64,000 bases of DNA from Tricharina praecox (GCF_024521635.1 NW_026250403.1:3038001-3102000); one strand, 5' to 3'. Positions 1 through 11,893 are shown, numbered from the stretch's first letter. The notes: a model not told the origin generated them from the letters alone. Numbers and translations: made by a program.

Positions 1-162
1 AAACACGTCCTTTCTGCACTCATCGTTGAGCGGCGCTGAGAGCCGTGCGCAGCAGCGACTGAGCCGGAGCGCGGCCGAGGCGGCGGAGAGCGATTGTGAG
101 AGGTCGGCGTGGTAGGGGATCAGCGCCGGGCGGCGGTGGGAGCGCGGTGGGAGGACGGACAT
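1..162 (-). CDS. Possible 5' end of a hypothetical protein running off the left window edge
   Basis: ATG at 162 preceded by a C/A-rich UTR-like tract; frame open to position 1 (MSVLPPRSHRRPALIPYHADLSQSLSAASAALRL...); no family recognised. Confidence 0.35.
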   Translation of the reverse strand, partial: MSVLPPRSHRRPALIPYHADLSQSLSAASAALRLSRCCARLSAPLNDECRKDVF

Positions 163-476
163 TGTCGAGGATGTGGGTATGGATGAATGGGCGTAGGTAA
201 GGTTGGAGTGGCGGTAGGTGAGGTATGGGTGTGGTTGATGGTCGTTGGGGTGCGTAATTGTGGAGAATGAGTGCAGTTGTGTAGAGTGATGAGTGACGCG
301 GATTGCATGCCAGCGTGAAGTAGCGTGGCAGTCTGTTACGCGTTCGTGATATTGCCGGCTAGCTTTTTGTTACTTTCAAGCTCATGAGCTTGAAAATAAC
401 AATCTAATGCATTGAATACAATTTTTAATTCATAATAGAAGCAATTCATGCATTTTTGAAAGAAAAAGCACTCTCA

Positions 477-694
477 TGTTGCCGAGAGTGTCTCACGCGT
501 GATCACTCGATTTATGTCCTTGTGAGGGATGTTATAATATCTCACTCGTTGTTTAGTCGCTTACACGGTCATGACGGCGGGAAGCACTGGCCGCCTCTCT
601 AGATTTTCTCTCCCTCTCCTACCACCCTCTTCCGTGTCTTCTCTCGAGGCTTTCAGACTCTCTCAATACAATACTCAATCATCAAATTCCAACA
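477..694 (+). mobile_element. 5' LTR of a decayed Ty1/Copia-like retrotransposon (copy A)
   Basis: Starts TGTTG (477), ends CAACA (694), immediately followed by a PBS; 218 bp. Right boundary well supported, left boundary inferred from TGTTG only. Confidence 0.65.
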
Positions 695-709
695 GGTTAT
701 GAGCCCAGC
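695..709 (+). promoter_or_regulatory. Primer-binding site complementary to the anticodon arm of tRNA-iMet (half-tRNA priming, copia type)
   Basis: GGTTATGAGCCCAGC; first 12 nt are the exact complement of GGGCTCATAACC in the tRNA-iMet gene at 22760-22771 (14/15 over 15 nt). Confidence 0.85.
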
Positions 710-774
710 CCAGCGCTATCAAATTTCTATCTTCTAACATAACAAGTCACTTTTCGCTGCTCGCATAATCCACT

Positions 775-927
775 ATGTCGAACACCGAAATGTACAGCTT
801 TCTGTCTCTCTTTCTATGTACGGATGAGCCGGGCGGAGAGCAATCCCCTCGGCGATGCTCGCACTCAAGATTATTACCGGCGAAGAAACCGAAAACGCCT
901 ACCTATCCGAAACCCCACTGCGAACAT
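775..927 (+). pseudogene. Copia gag N-terminal fragment, copy A (internally rearranged, truncated)
   Basis: ATG 775 (MSNTEMYS) and 841-927 (AMLALKIITGEETE) align to copy B on the opposite strand; downstream of LTR+PBS. Confidence 0.65.
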
Positions 928-1188
928 CTGCTGACCTTCGTGGTTACAGGAGAGTAGGGTTACTTTCGTAGCAAGAGCTTGGACGCTTTTTGCAGCTTTC
1001 AAGTTTCGCAATGTTCGCAGTGGGGTTTCTGAAGGTAGGGAGTTTTCGGTTTCTTCGCCGGTAATAGTCTTGAGTGCGAGCATCGCCGAGGGGATTGCCG
1101 AAATGCGCAGTTTTCAAGTGTCGTAGCTGTCTGGGGAAAGTTTCTCGATGGGTCTGTACTTGGAGTTGTACATTTCAGTGTTCAACAT
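928..1188 (-). pseudogene. Copia gag N-terminal fragment, copy B (premature stop)
   Basis: MLNTEMYNSKYRPIEKLSPDSYDT*KLRISAIPSAMLALKTITGEETE...QALATKVTLLSCNHE resembles the Copia gag N-terminus (IEKL..sNY..Wk.rm.a.L......i.tGee); the conserved Trp is a TGA. Confidence 0.7.
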
Positions 1189-1227
1189 AGTGGATTATAC
1201 GGGTGCCTAGCGATAGGTGATTTGTTG

Positions 1228-1439
1228 TGTTGGAAGATGGTGGTCGTTTGGGCGGTGCGGAAGTTCGGAGATCGTACGAACAGAAGATGCGGTATAGCGA
1301 GAGATAGAGGGAGAGTTGCAGGACAGGAGTCTCAATATTGTATTGGCTATCTGACTTGATGAAGATACGAAAGAACAGGCAAGATGGGCGGTTTATATAG
1401 AAGAAAACAGGAGATACAGAGGCATACAGTTTCCCAACA
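1228..1439 (-). mobile_element. Possible additional solo LTR within the copy B leader
   Basis: Bounded by TGTTGG...CCAACA, 212 bp, TATA-like CTATATAA on the minus strand near 1393-1400; no TSD found. Confidence 0.35.
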
Positions 1440-1529
1440 TCTGTTTTCCAGTCTTGAACTATGTCCTTCTACATTACGTATCATGCCTTTGGGTTCGCTC
1501 GGCTGTGCTGACGCATATTTCTTCGGGTG

Positions 1530-1567
1530 ATTTGATAGTGCTGGGCCGGACTCATATCCTGTTGGAA
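1530..1567 (-). mobile_element. LTR end, degenerate PBS and leader of Copia copy B
   Basis: Reverse complement TTCCAACAGGATATGAGTCCGGCCCAGCACTATCAAAT aligns with copy A 687-724 TTCCAACAGGTTATGAGCCCAGCCCAGCGCTATCAAAT (4 substitutions). Confidence 0.75.
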
Positions 1568-1898
1568 AACATGGGATATCTAAACGTTATGGTGCTAGAC
1601 TTGGAAAGGAACCTACACGAAGTCGGAACGGACAGTGGGGGAGGATAAAGCAGTGTGAATTCCCATGATCAAGCTACCTGAGTTGGCTACAGGCTACAGT
1701 TTTGAATCTTCACAATTTGCGAGGTTCACTAGGACCCTCGGCCTTCGCAAAAGCAAGTGAATGTTAATATTCAGATTGATATCGAGAAATATGGGACGGA
1801 TATATATCTTGGACGTTCCGATGTGAAGCATCTTGACATCAATTGGCGCCACTTGTAGCTTCTATCTCCTTCGATCGTAAACCCGCCTACCCACTTAA

Positions 1899-3739
1899 CT
1901 ACAACCCTACGGCACTTTGCAATTTCCCTTCATCATTCCTGCACAGTCTCCCATCCTCTCTGGTCGCCCACCTGTCGCTCCCAACCGCAGTAATCGCGTA
2001 GAAAATCTGGTCGGGATCATACTTGTCCTTGATGCGTAGCAAGCGATCGTAATTGATGCCAAAAAACTCCTTTTTGAAGTCCGGCTCGAATGGATCCCCT
2101 TCGTTCATATATGCCCCCGAGTCTGGTACCAGCTCGCGCAACGCACCACCCCATTTGTTCGTGATTGTTTGCTGGTCTGCAATGATGGAGGCGGGGGTTG
2201 CGGTATCATTCCACGGACTGGATACATATGTCAGCGAATCGCTTTCCACTACGGAGTGAGGGGCAGGAGGAAATACATCGTAACCACAAGGTTGAGTTGG
2301 TTGTCTCTCCACGCTGGGAGAACTGCGTTGTCGGGGAACCCAGCTATTTCGAGCGTCGGGTGCGTTGTAACCTCAAAGATGAGGGAGCCGGAATTGATTA
2401 TACCCTTCAGCGTCTCCTGTAGTCGCTGCGGTTCGTTCACTACGAGTGACCGTGGAATCAACCGTCCGCCGTACTGCGCGATTCCCACTTGTATGTAGTC
2501 GAATGCGGCGTTATAGGCAGGCAGATAGCCACTAAACTCGGTGATGTTGACGGTGTGCTGCAGCCCCAGCTCTTGCAGCCTCTCGACAAGCGGGGCCAGC
2601 TGCGCGTTTGCCTCCTCGGCTGTGAACCCTGGGCCGAACCATGGATTCAACGAGAACGAGCCAGTGAAATACACATCGACCGAGAATGCCCCTGCATCGG
2701 TGTATCCAGGTGTAAGGGAGTGGAAGAAAGCCACAGCTTCCCACCACTTTGCCACCTGCTCTTCGCTCCCATCGTGTGTCCACGAGATCTTGGCCATCGT
2801 CGTCACGGAATCGGGGTGCGCCTTGACGGTCATCGCCGTGACAATACCGTACGTGCCTCCGCCACCACCAGACAACGCCCAATACAGCTCCTTATTCTTC
2901 TTTAGGTTGGCGACTCGCACCTCACCGTCCGCCGTCATCACCTCCCACTCCAGCACCTGATCTGCCGCCAGGCCATACCGAGAATTGAGCGCACTGTGCC
3001 CACCACCTTGCGTGTAACCACCCGCGATGCCCACAGTCGAACACTCGCCGCCAACGATCTGCAGTCCCAGCTTATGCGCCACGTCGTAGGCCTCAAACCC
3101 CTGAACACCCGCGCCCAGCTTCAACGCCGCGCCCGTCCACGAGTGCGCCCCCTTGTACTTCGCGATGTGCTCGATATTCTTGAGGCGGTGCGTCCACACC
3201 GCTAGCGCGCCCGCGCCCGTCGATTTGCCCAGGTAGTCGTGTCCTGTGTTCCGGATCACCAGGCGCACGTTGTGTTTGCGTGCGAAGCGGATTCCGGCGG
3301 CTATGTGCGCGGGCTTCGTCACGTTGATGGCGTAGTGCACGTAGTTTCCTAGGCTGCAGGGGGAATCCGTCGATGTGAATGGATCGCATGAACGGTTTGT
3401 CCATACGGGCGCCATTATGGAAGATGATGACTCGTCGCTGAAAGTATCGTTAGTCAAACATTCGCGATATATGTGGAAAGAAACTGCTTACTGGAAGGTT
3501 GGATCGTGCCAACCCTCGCGAATCAAGGCACAGGCCGCGGCATCGTAGTTGGGCTCATGGCAAGGAGACCCGATTGGTGTCGTCGCCACGAGACGGCCAG
3601 ACACGGTTTTGTTTAGAGTGGCCCATTCCTTCGTGGAAGGCCAGTCAGCGTCGCCGGGAAAGGAGCGGCAATCATCTGTGGATGCGCTGGCTGGGAAGAC
3701 CAGCGATAGGAGACCCAGAAGGGCGTATAAACGTGCCAT
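1899..3739 (-). CDS. Secreted FAD-binding oxidoreductase (FAD_binding_4 + BBE; isoamyl alcohol oxidase-like), ~575 aa; exons 3739-3492, 3437-2277, 2217-1899
   Basis: Signal peptide MARLYALLGLLSLVFPASAS; RNTGHDYLGKS (covalent-FAD His), VGIAGGYTQGGGHS, WALSGGGGGTYGIV, GAYMNEGD...KDKYDP; two GT-AG introns restore frame. Confidence 0.93.
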
Positions 3740-4863
3740 TATGATCGTACGGAGGGGTAGGTACCGGTCTTCTCTTCAGGAGTGGGGTGAAGCGCGGGTA
3801 TTTGTACATGCCTGGAATTGCGGATCACGATGTCCACCTCCGGGTCCCGAGAGCACTCAGCATCCATCGGAACAGCAATTTAGATGGATGTACGCCTTGC
3901 AGATCCCGGGTTGTACAAGTGGATAGAAACACAAGGGTTCACATCGTGAGTGATGCGTGGTGACATGTACCTGCCTCTGCAGTAGTAGAAGCCTTGGAGT
4001 TGCACGGATCATGGAGCCAGATCTAGTACCTATGGGTAAGTAGAGTACGGTAGCTACGGAGTACATAGCAAGGCCATCCACAGACAATTCGCAGCCATCC
4101 GAGAAAGGCAAGTCTGAGCCGGAACTACAAGCACAGCTCGTTTTCGTCTCCGCAGCACCACTTTTTTACCCTGTCCATGGCTTGTTCATGGTGTGGAGAT
4201 ATGTAATTCGCCTTGGATGCCCAGTGGATAACCTAAGAGCTACCAAAGTGTCTTGCACCGGGAAGTACCTGGAAACAGAGGACAAAACAGCTCATCATTC
4301 CGGGGGACGGGCCTTACATGCGCCAAAGTCAACGCCGCCATCGGTGTCAATTCGGAAACATTAGCAATGCAGAAAATCCCACAGTGTAGAGAGCCAAATA
4401 GTGAGTCCTCCACATAGTACATCCGAATTCCTCCACTCGGTAACAAGGGCGAGAACATCAATTTATTTTGCACACAGCCCCACTTGGCAGAAAAAGAGAA
4501 CATCAATCTATTGTTGCACTTGGCCTGTCCAAACTAACTGTGGCCACCTCCCGCTCGACGGAAAACTCACCAACGATCCAATAATACGAGTGATGCTAGA
4601 TGATTCACTTCGGAGTAGCAAGCGCTCACCGAGTAAAAGTGTGCCCGCAACCGGAAACTTCCATTTTTCTTGCCTGAGGCGCTGTCGGACGAGCTTGGCT
4701 GTAGCTTAGGCGGACTGTTCGCAGCTGTAACCGGGTGGATGACGACGGCGGCCGTCGGGTAACAACCTTCCCTGGGGACCCTGTTTGGGCGGTTGCAGCT
4801 CGCGTCACCGCCTCGACCTCCAACACACACACCTCTCCCGAAACTTTGCTCCCCAAATCAACA

Positions 4864-6139
4864 ATGGAAGGCCTCTTTTTTAACGTCAATAACGGCTACA
4901 TCGAGGGCCTTGTGCGTGGTTATCGCAACAGCCTTCTTACCTCCGCCAACTACTCCAACCTAACTCAATGCGAGAACTTGGATGACCTCAAGCTCCAGCT
5001 CTCGCCCTCCTATGGCGATGTCCTCGCGAACGTCCCCTCGCCGCTCTCGACGTCCACCATCGCCTCCAAAGCCACCGAGAAGCTCATATCCGAGTTCCGC
5101 TACATTCGTGCCAATGCTACAGGCTCTCTCGCCAAGTTCATGGACTACCTCACCTACGGTTACATGATCGACAACGTCGCGCTGCTGATCACGGGAACTC
5201 TACACGAGCGCGACACGCGGGAGCTTCTTGAGCGTTGCCACCCGCTCGGTACTTTCGAGACGATGCCGGTGCTGTGCGTGGCAACCAATATCGAGGAGCT
5301 CTACAACTCGGTGCTGATCGAGACGCCGCTTGCTCCCTACTTCAAGAGCAATCTCTCGTCGGCCGACCTGGACGAGCTCAATATTGAGATCATTCGTAAC
5401 ACCCTGTACAAGTCATACTTGGAGGACTTCCATCGCTTCTGCATGTCGGAGCCCGGAATCGCGGGAACTCCTTCGGCAGAGATCATGGACGAGATGCTGT
5501 GCTTCGAGGCTGACCGCCGAGCGATCAATATCACGCTCAACTCATTCGGCACTGAGCTCTCCAAAAAGGAACGCCAGAAGCTCTACCCCAGTTTCGGGAA
5601 GCTGTATCCGGAGGGCTCATATATGCTCGGGCGCGCGGACGACGTGGACGGTGTTAGAGCAGCAGTCGAGGGCATCGGAGAGTATAAGAGCTTCTTTGAA
5701 CAGGGCTTCGGTATGGGCGGAGGTGGAGGCCTCGGCGCTGGTCGGCCCAAGAGCTTGGAGGACTTGTTCTACCAGAGGGAGATGGAGATTTCGAAGGCGA
5801 CGTTCACACAGCAGTTCACGTACGCAGTTGTGTTTGCGTGGGTTAAACTGAAGGAACAGGTATGTAGCCTCTTGATCCTGTTCGATGTTTTCTTCCTTTT
5901 TCGCGGGCCCTTTCCCATCCGTCCCGGAGCTCCGTAATTACGGAGCTCTTACACTGCTATGTGGAACGGGAACATGGAAACATTAGGACCTCGGCGCGTT
6001 TCGCAAGGCCATTGTGCCATGGAGGAAGAGTTGCTAATGTGTGTGCGCTCAACAGGAAATCAGGAACATCACATGGATCGCCGAGTGTATAGCACAGAAC
6101 CAGAAGGAGAGGATCGGAAACTACATCAGCATATTCTAG
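4864..6139 (+). CDS. VMA6: V-type ATPase V0 subunit d, 359 aa; exons 4864-5859, 6056-6139
   Basis: [81 protein letters not shown]. Confidence 0.97.
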
Positions 6140-6641
6140 GCGGGTGGATTTCTTGGTTGCTTCGAGTTGGTGGTTGGCGGGTTAGGTAGTCGTGATAACT
6201 GATTTGTCTTTTCTTCTCGCTGTGGTCTGACTGTTTGTCTTTATGCGCGTGTTTCCCTTGTTTTTATCGTACAGTGTAGTATTATGACCATGTACTTGAA
6301 GCCGGCGTCAGGAGTCGAGCTTGGTGCCCGGGTGCTTAGGTTGTGGGGCAATCTTGGGGTGGAATTCAATTTGTCTTGAAGTGTAATACTAGAGTACTTC
6401 TTTGCGGAGAAGCCTCTGGAGATTATGCTGAATGGAGTTGTGAGCGATACCATATATTATGTTCTCTCAAGCTGAGGTGCGTACCTCAGCTTGACATGTA
6501 CCTGCATTTAAGTATCTACTGAGAACTTGTGCCGACGCCACGTGATCGGTAAATAAGCATATGGTACCACGGGAGGTTCCGTGTCCATAACACCTTGAAC
6601 TTCTCGACAGCTCTCTACAATAATCACCATCAGCCACGAAA

Positions 6642-8163
6642 ATGCTATACAACATCGCGTATGTTCCTCAGCCTTCGAGTCGAAGAGTCCAAGCTAATTC
6701 CACCGTTCCTCAGCATGGTCAGCGACTTCTTCTACCCCCAGCCGGGTATGTACGTCTCATCAACTCCTTTCCCACAGCGGCGGCGGCCGTACTGAACGTG
6801 CTCCGTAGGTGGTGTCGAATCGCACATCTACCAGCTCGCCTCGAAGCTATCCGACCGCGGCCACAAAGTAATAATAATCACGCATCAATATGACACGCGA
6901 TCGGGCGTGCGCTACCTCACGAACGGGCTGAAAGTCTACTACGTCCCGTTCTTCGTCATCTACCGCGAGTCGACCATGCCCACGGTCTTCTCTTTTTTTC
7001 CCATCTTCAGGCAGATTATCCTACGGGAAAAGATACAGATCGTGCATGGGCATGCGTCATTGAGTAGCATGTGCCATGAGGCCATATTACATGCTAGGAC
7101 GATGGGACTGCGCACTTGCTTCACGGACCATAGTCTGTTTGGATTTGCAGATGCGGCGAGTATCCTCACCAACAAGCTGCTGAAGTTTATATTGAGCGAT
7201 GTGGATCATGTCATCTGCGTTTCGCACACCTGGTACTTCACATCTCCCCATTGCACTGTTCCCTCTGCTGACAACCACACCAGCAAAGAAAACACCGTCC
7301 TCCGAGCGTCGCTCGACCCTGCGAGCGTCTCAGTGATCCCCAACGCCGTCGTCGCCGAGAACTTCAAGCCGGACCCCAGCAAAGCCTCCAAGGACTACAT
7401 CACGATCGTCGTGATCTCGCGTCTGTTCTACAACAAAGGCACTGACCTCCTCGTCGCCGCCATTCCGCGCATATGCGAGATCCACCCCACCGTGCACTTC
7501 CTGATCGCGGGATCCGGCCCCAAAGCTATCGACCTCCAGCAGATGATAGAAAAACACATGCTGCAGGACCGCGTCGAGATGATCGGCCCCATCCGGCACG
7601 AGGAGGTGCGCGACGTGATGGTGCGCGGACACATCTACCTGCACCCGAGTCTGACGGAGGCGTTCGGGACGGTGCTGGTCGAGGCCGCCAGCTGCGGCCT
7701 GTACGTGGTGTGCACGGAGGTCGGCGGGATCCCCGAGGTGCTGCCCAGCCGGATGACGGTATTCGCGCGGCCAGAGGAGGACGACGTCGTCGATGCTACC
7801 TGCCGCGCCATCGCAGAACTGCGCCGCGGAAACGTCAAGACCGAGAAGTTCCACAAGCGCGTCCAGCAGATGTACTCGTGGACGAATGTCGCGATGCGCA
7901 CGGAGCGCGTCTATGATGGCATCTGTCGCGGAGAGCAGGCGAGTCTTATGGATAGGCTGAAGAGGTACTATGGCTGTGGTATCTGGGCGGGCAAGTTGTT
8001 TGTCATCTGCGCAGTCGTCGATTACCTCCTCTGGTGGGTCCTGGAGTTTTGGTATCCCAGGAGTGGCATCGACGTGGCGAGGGATTGGCCAAAGAAGGAG
8101 GTGGTCGTGAAGGAGGTGAAGGATGGCAGTGGGATAAGGGTAGGTAGGAAAAGGAGTGAGTGA
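6642..8163 (+). CDS. SPT14: GPI-GlcNAc transferase catalytic subunit (PIG-A/GPI3), 450 aa; exons 6642-6658, 6714-6745, 6809-7232, 7284-8163
   Basis: MLYNIA|MVSDFFYPQPG|GVESHIYQL, TDHSLFGFAD, VSHT|CKENTVLRA, PSLTEAFG...VEAASCGL...VGGIPEVLP; C-terminal TM segment. Confidence 0.96.
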
Positions 8164-8571
8164 GTGAGTCTGTGTGCTTCGGGGAAGGGTGCGAGATGTA
8201 TGAGCGGCCCTACTAAAGCCGTGGGGCTTGTCGCGGAGAGCGTGTCCGCTCCGATTCCGTCCATTATAATTTCATATAGATCTGGATGTCAGAGGTCGGG
8301 AGTTGTGGGGAACGGCATCGCTGGACTTAAATAGTTCCTGTGAACATAAGGAATATGGACTGGAAATAAATAAGCAGACGTCACGGGGAAGTGAACATTT
8401 CCAATCAGTACACAACATAACTTCGGCGGCGTTATTCTTCCTTTTTCCATACATCCTCTCGCATTAACACTTGACTACCGCTTGCTTGCTCCAGAACATG
8501 ATATAAACAAATTACAACGCGTTTATGTTTAAAAGCCATAGCTTCGGGTATCTTCCACCACACACGCTCCT

Positions 8572-9717
8572 CTACTGCGCTTTCTTCTCGCCCTTCTGCT
8601 GATCCTCCTCCTCGAACCACTTCAACGTCCTGATCAGACCGTCCTGCAGGTTCCATAGGGGCTCGTATCCCAACATTTTCTTCGCCTTCCGGATATCAAA
8701 GTATCTGTTCCAGCAACTAAACTTGACCCGGAACCGTGTGAACCCCGGCTCCTTGCCCATGATGTACGCGAAGGCCTCTGCCGCGGCCGCAAGCGAGACA
8801 CCGACCTCCCGGGGCATCTTGATGTAGTACGACGGGTAGTGATTCCTGAGCGCCCAGACAGCGCGGGGGAAATCCCAAAAGTAGACCGGCTCGCCATTAG
8901 TGATGATGAAGGCCTCGCCATCGACAGTGAACGGGCTCTTGGGGGTGGTAGCGGGGTCGATGGCGACCAGCTTCTCGGCCGCCAGGATGTGCGCGTACGC
9001 GCTGTTGCCAATGTACGTGAAGTCGAACAGGTTGCTGTTGTCGCCGATCTGGAACTTGGTCTGCCCGTTCGCCATCACCTGAAGCATCCCCGGGATCAGC
9101 TGCCGGTCGCCCTCGCCGAATAGCCCCGACAGCCGCAGCGCGCACGTAAGCATCCCGCCTTCGCGGTTGGCTTTGAGAACCATTTCTTCGCCGATCGCCT
9201 GGAGGGGTCAGTCAGATTCGTGTGTGACGAGGGGGAGTGTAGCGGGGCCTACCTTAGTCTCCGTGTACGGATCCAGCGACTTCTTTGGAATCGGCGCCGT
9301 CTCGTTCAAGTTGATGACGTCGGTCTCGCCGTCGAAGAGGACGCTGGCGGAGCTGGTCCAGACGAAGGCCTTGACGCCGGCGGCCTTACTGGCCTCCATG
9401 CAGATGCGGGTGCCCTCGACGTTGACCTTGAAGTACAACTCCTTGCCGAGGCCGTGGACGGGGGACACGGTGTCGATGACGGTTTCGGGCTTCTCCTTTG
9501 CGAGCACGCTGTCGACCGACTCGCGCGACGTGATGTCACCATCGTAGTAGGTCACGCCCGGGAAACGGTTGATGTTGGTGCGCAAGTCGAGGACGGAGAT
9601 GGCGGCCGTGGGGTGCGTCTCCTGCAGGAGCCGCACGACGTGGTGCCCCAGGAAGCCGCAGCCGCCGATCACGAGCACCGATTTCAACGACGTGGTGGAT
9701 GGTCTCATGGAAGTCAT
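8572..9717 (-). CDS. ERG26: C-3 sterol dehydrogenase / sterol-4-alpha-carboxylate 3-dehydrogenase, ~363 aa; exons 9717-9253, 9198-8572
   Basis: GGCGFLG Rossmann motif, VWTSSASV, YTETK (YxxxK), FGEGDRQLIPG, FDFTYIGN, ITNGEPVYFWDF; ends KKAQ (KKxx ER-retrieval-like). Start could instead be ATG 9708. Confidence 0.93.
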
Positions 9718-10657
9718 AGTGGATTGTGTGTTCGTGAGGAGGTGGATGTAGCTGGGAGAGGTCAATTGAGAATCGTAGTTGAGGAAAGGTCGCCTGTCGA
9801 GTAGGTTCGGTTTTCAAGGAGAAATTCGTGTAACCTTGAGCTTCACAGCAACCAGAGCGCGTTGACCAGGGGGCGCTAGAGTATCTCATCCGGTTAACAC
9901 ATCACCCTCATTGTTAGTGCCAGAATCGAGCCGACTATCGCCCCGCATAATCGATTTCTTTACGAGATCTGAAGCTCTCCGGCCCGACCAAGTCTGTGTG
10001 GAATCTCTACGTTTCAAATCATCTTCGAACCTATCACAAATGGCGGGGAATCCTAGATTTACAAACTCCTAGAAACCATCACCGTGTGCAAACGGAATAA
10101 TCATTCTGCCTAAACTCTGCAGGCGAGGAGCTGGGAGTGAGATTCAACCGTATGGAGGGGGCCACAAGTTTACTCTATGTACCTCGCCGGCAGCCCGCAC
10201 ATGTTTTTCCACTCCTACTAGTAGACGGCTAGTATTAACCCGGATCATGATGTGTCACTCTCCTATCTCAGGCTACCAGTGGGGTCCCTGGGGGTGGGGA
10301 GTGTTATGGCGGAGTGATAATGGAATATGGAGGTATATTTAGGAACTTGAAGACATATCGAGGAAAAGGGGTTATCAATTGCCATTGTCTTCACTCGGCC
10401 TTGACTGTTGAGCAAATCCCCAGCCAACAAAGCCCCATCCACCCACGGCACACCAATCCAACCCCCGAGACATGGGCAAGCTTAGAACAGTACCGAGAGC
10501 TTAGAACAGCACACTCCTTCTTTACTCCCGATATCCAATCTGGGCTTCCAAACGGAAACATGTGTGGTACCGCGGACATAGCCAGAAAAGGGTAAACAAT
10601 GAATGAATGCTCCATTTCAGCCACCGATTCCCTCCGCACAACGTTGCACATCAGCAT

Positions 10658-11893
10658 TTACACTCTCGCCGCGATCCCCAGAGCCTCGCCCACCCACTTC
10701 GCCGACCTGATCGTCGTCTCACCGCACGCCTTCTTTTCGAGGATATAATCCATCAGCGCGGAATCATGAATCTCGCCCTTGCCCAGCACCCTCTCGACCG
10801 TCCAGTCTTCTCCCAACTTCTCAAACGTCTCCCCGAGCCTCAGAATATCATCGAGAATAACCTCTCTCTCCCCCGCAGTAACCAAGCACCTTTTTACCAC
10901 GCCCGCCACGCCCCTCCACCAGTCCTCGGGCGCGCTCACGACCTCACCCCACCACCCCCCGCCCTCCGCCTCATCCCAATACCCGCTATCACCACCCGTC
11001 AGCTGCGCGCTCCAGTACTCGCACGTGCTCTGCTTGATAATGTCCCTGCCGTCGTTGCGGCGGAAGCTGTCCGCGGTTACGCGGAACGTCGTTGCGGGCG
11101 AGAGCAGGCAGATCCCCGCCAGCGGTGCGGCGAGCGCGGGTGATACGGCACGCACCGATGGGTGCGTGTGCAGAACGTGCGAGATCACGCTGAGCACCAG
11201 GTGTCCGCCTGCGCTGTCGCCGCCGAGGACGAGCTACAGACGGAGGTTAGCAGCGAGAGAGAGACGAGGGAGACGGGGGGAGATGGAGACGAACATCGGC
11301 CGGCGCCACGCCGCTGGCCAAAAGGTGCGACAGTGCGGCGCTCGCCTGCGCGAGCTGGTAGGGGTACCGCCTGCCCGGCGTGTTTGTGTACTCGAGCACG
11401 GCGACGGCGAGGTCCTCCGGCCCCACGGTGCTGCGCACGTACTCGCAGTACATCAGGTGCTCCTTCGTGATTGGCATGACGTAGCCACCGCCGTGGAAGT
11501 ATAGCAGGACTTTTTTCCCTGGCTGGTACTGGCCGAGCCATAGCAGGCGGCAGGGAGCGTCGCCGGGGATCTCGGTGATGTTTGCGGAGGAGCTGGAGGA
11601 GGAGAGGGGGGAGCTAGTGAACGCCCGGTAGGTGGATAGCGTCGGCGACATCACATATTGGATCTGCGAGATTGACAGTGCGCCGGTGATATACCGGTTT
11701 ACGGCAATGCGGATTTTGCGGGGCGAGCGCGTGTGGATCGCAGCGTAAAGCATGTGCGGAACTGCGAGATGTCGTTAACGCTGTTCTACATAACTATCAA
11801 GTAGTTCAAGGGAGTCTCGGAACGGGGCCACAAACTTATCCCGAGCCCGCGCAGGACCAGCGTGAGCTTCTCGAAAAGTGATATCGGCGGCAT
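10658..11893 (-). CDS. HSL-family alpha/beta hydrolase (Say1/Mug180-like esterase), 366 aa; exons 11893-11836, 11761-11295, 11233-10658
   Basis: LYFHGGGY oxyanion motif, spliced GGDSAGGHL nucleophile elbow, TAGEREVILDD, GEIHD catalytic His. Confidence 0.88.
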
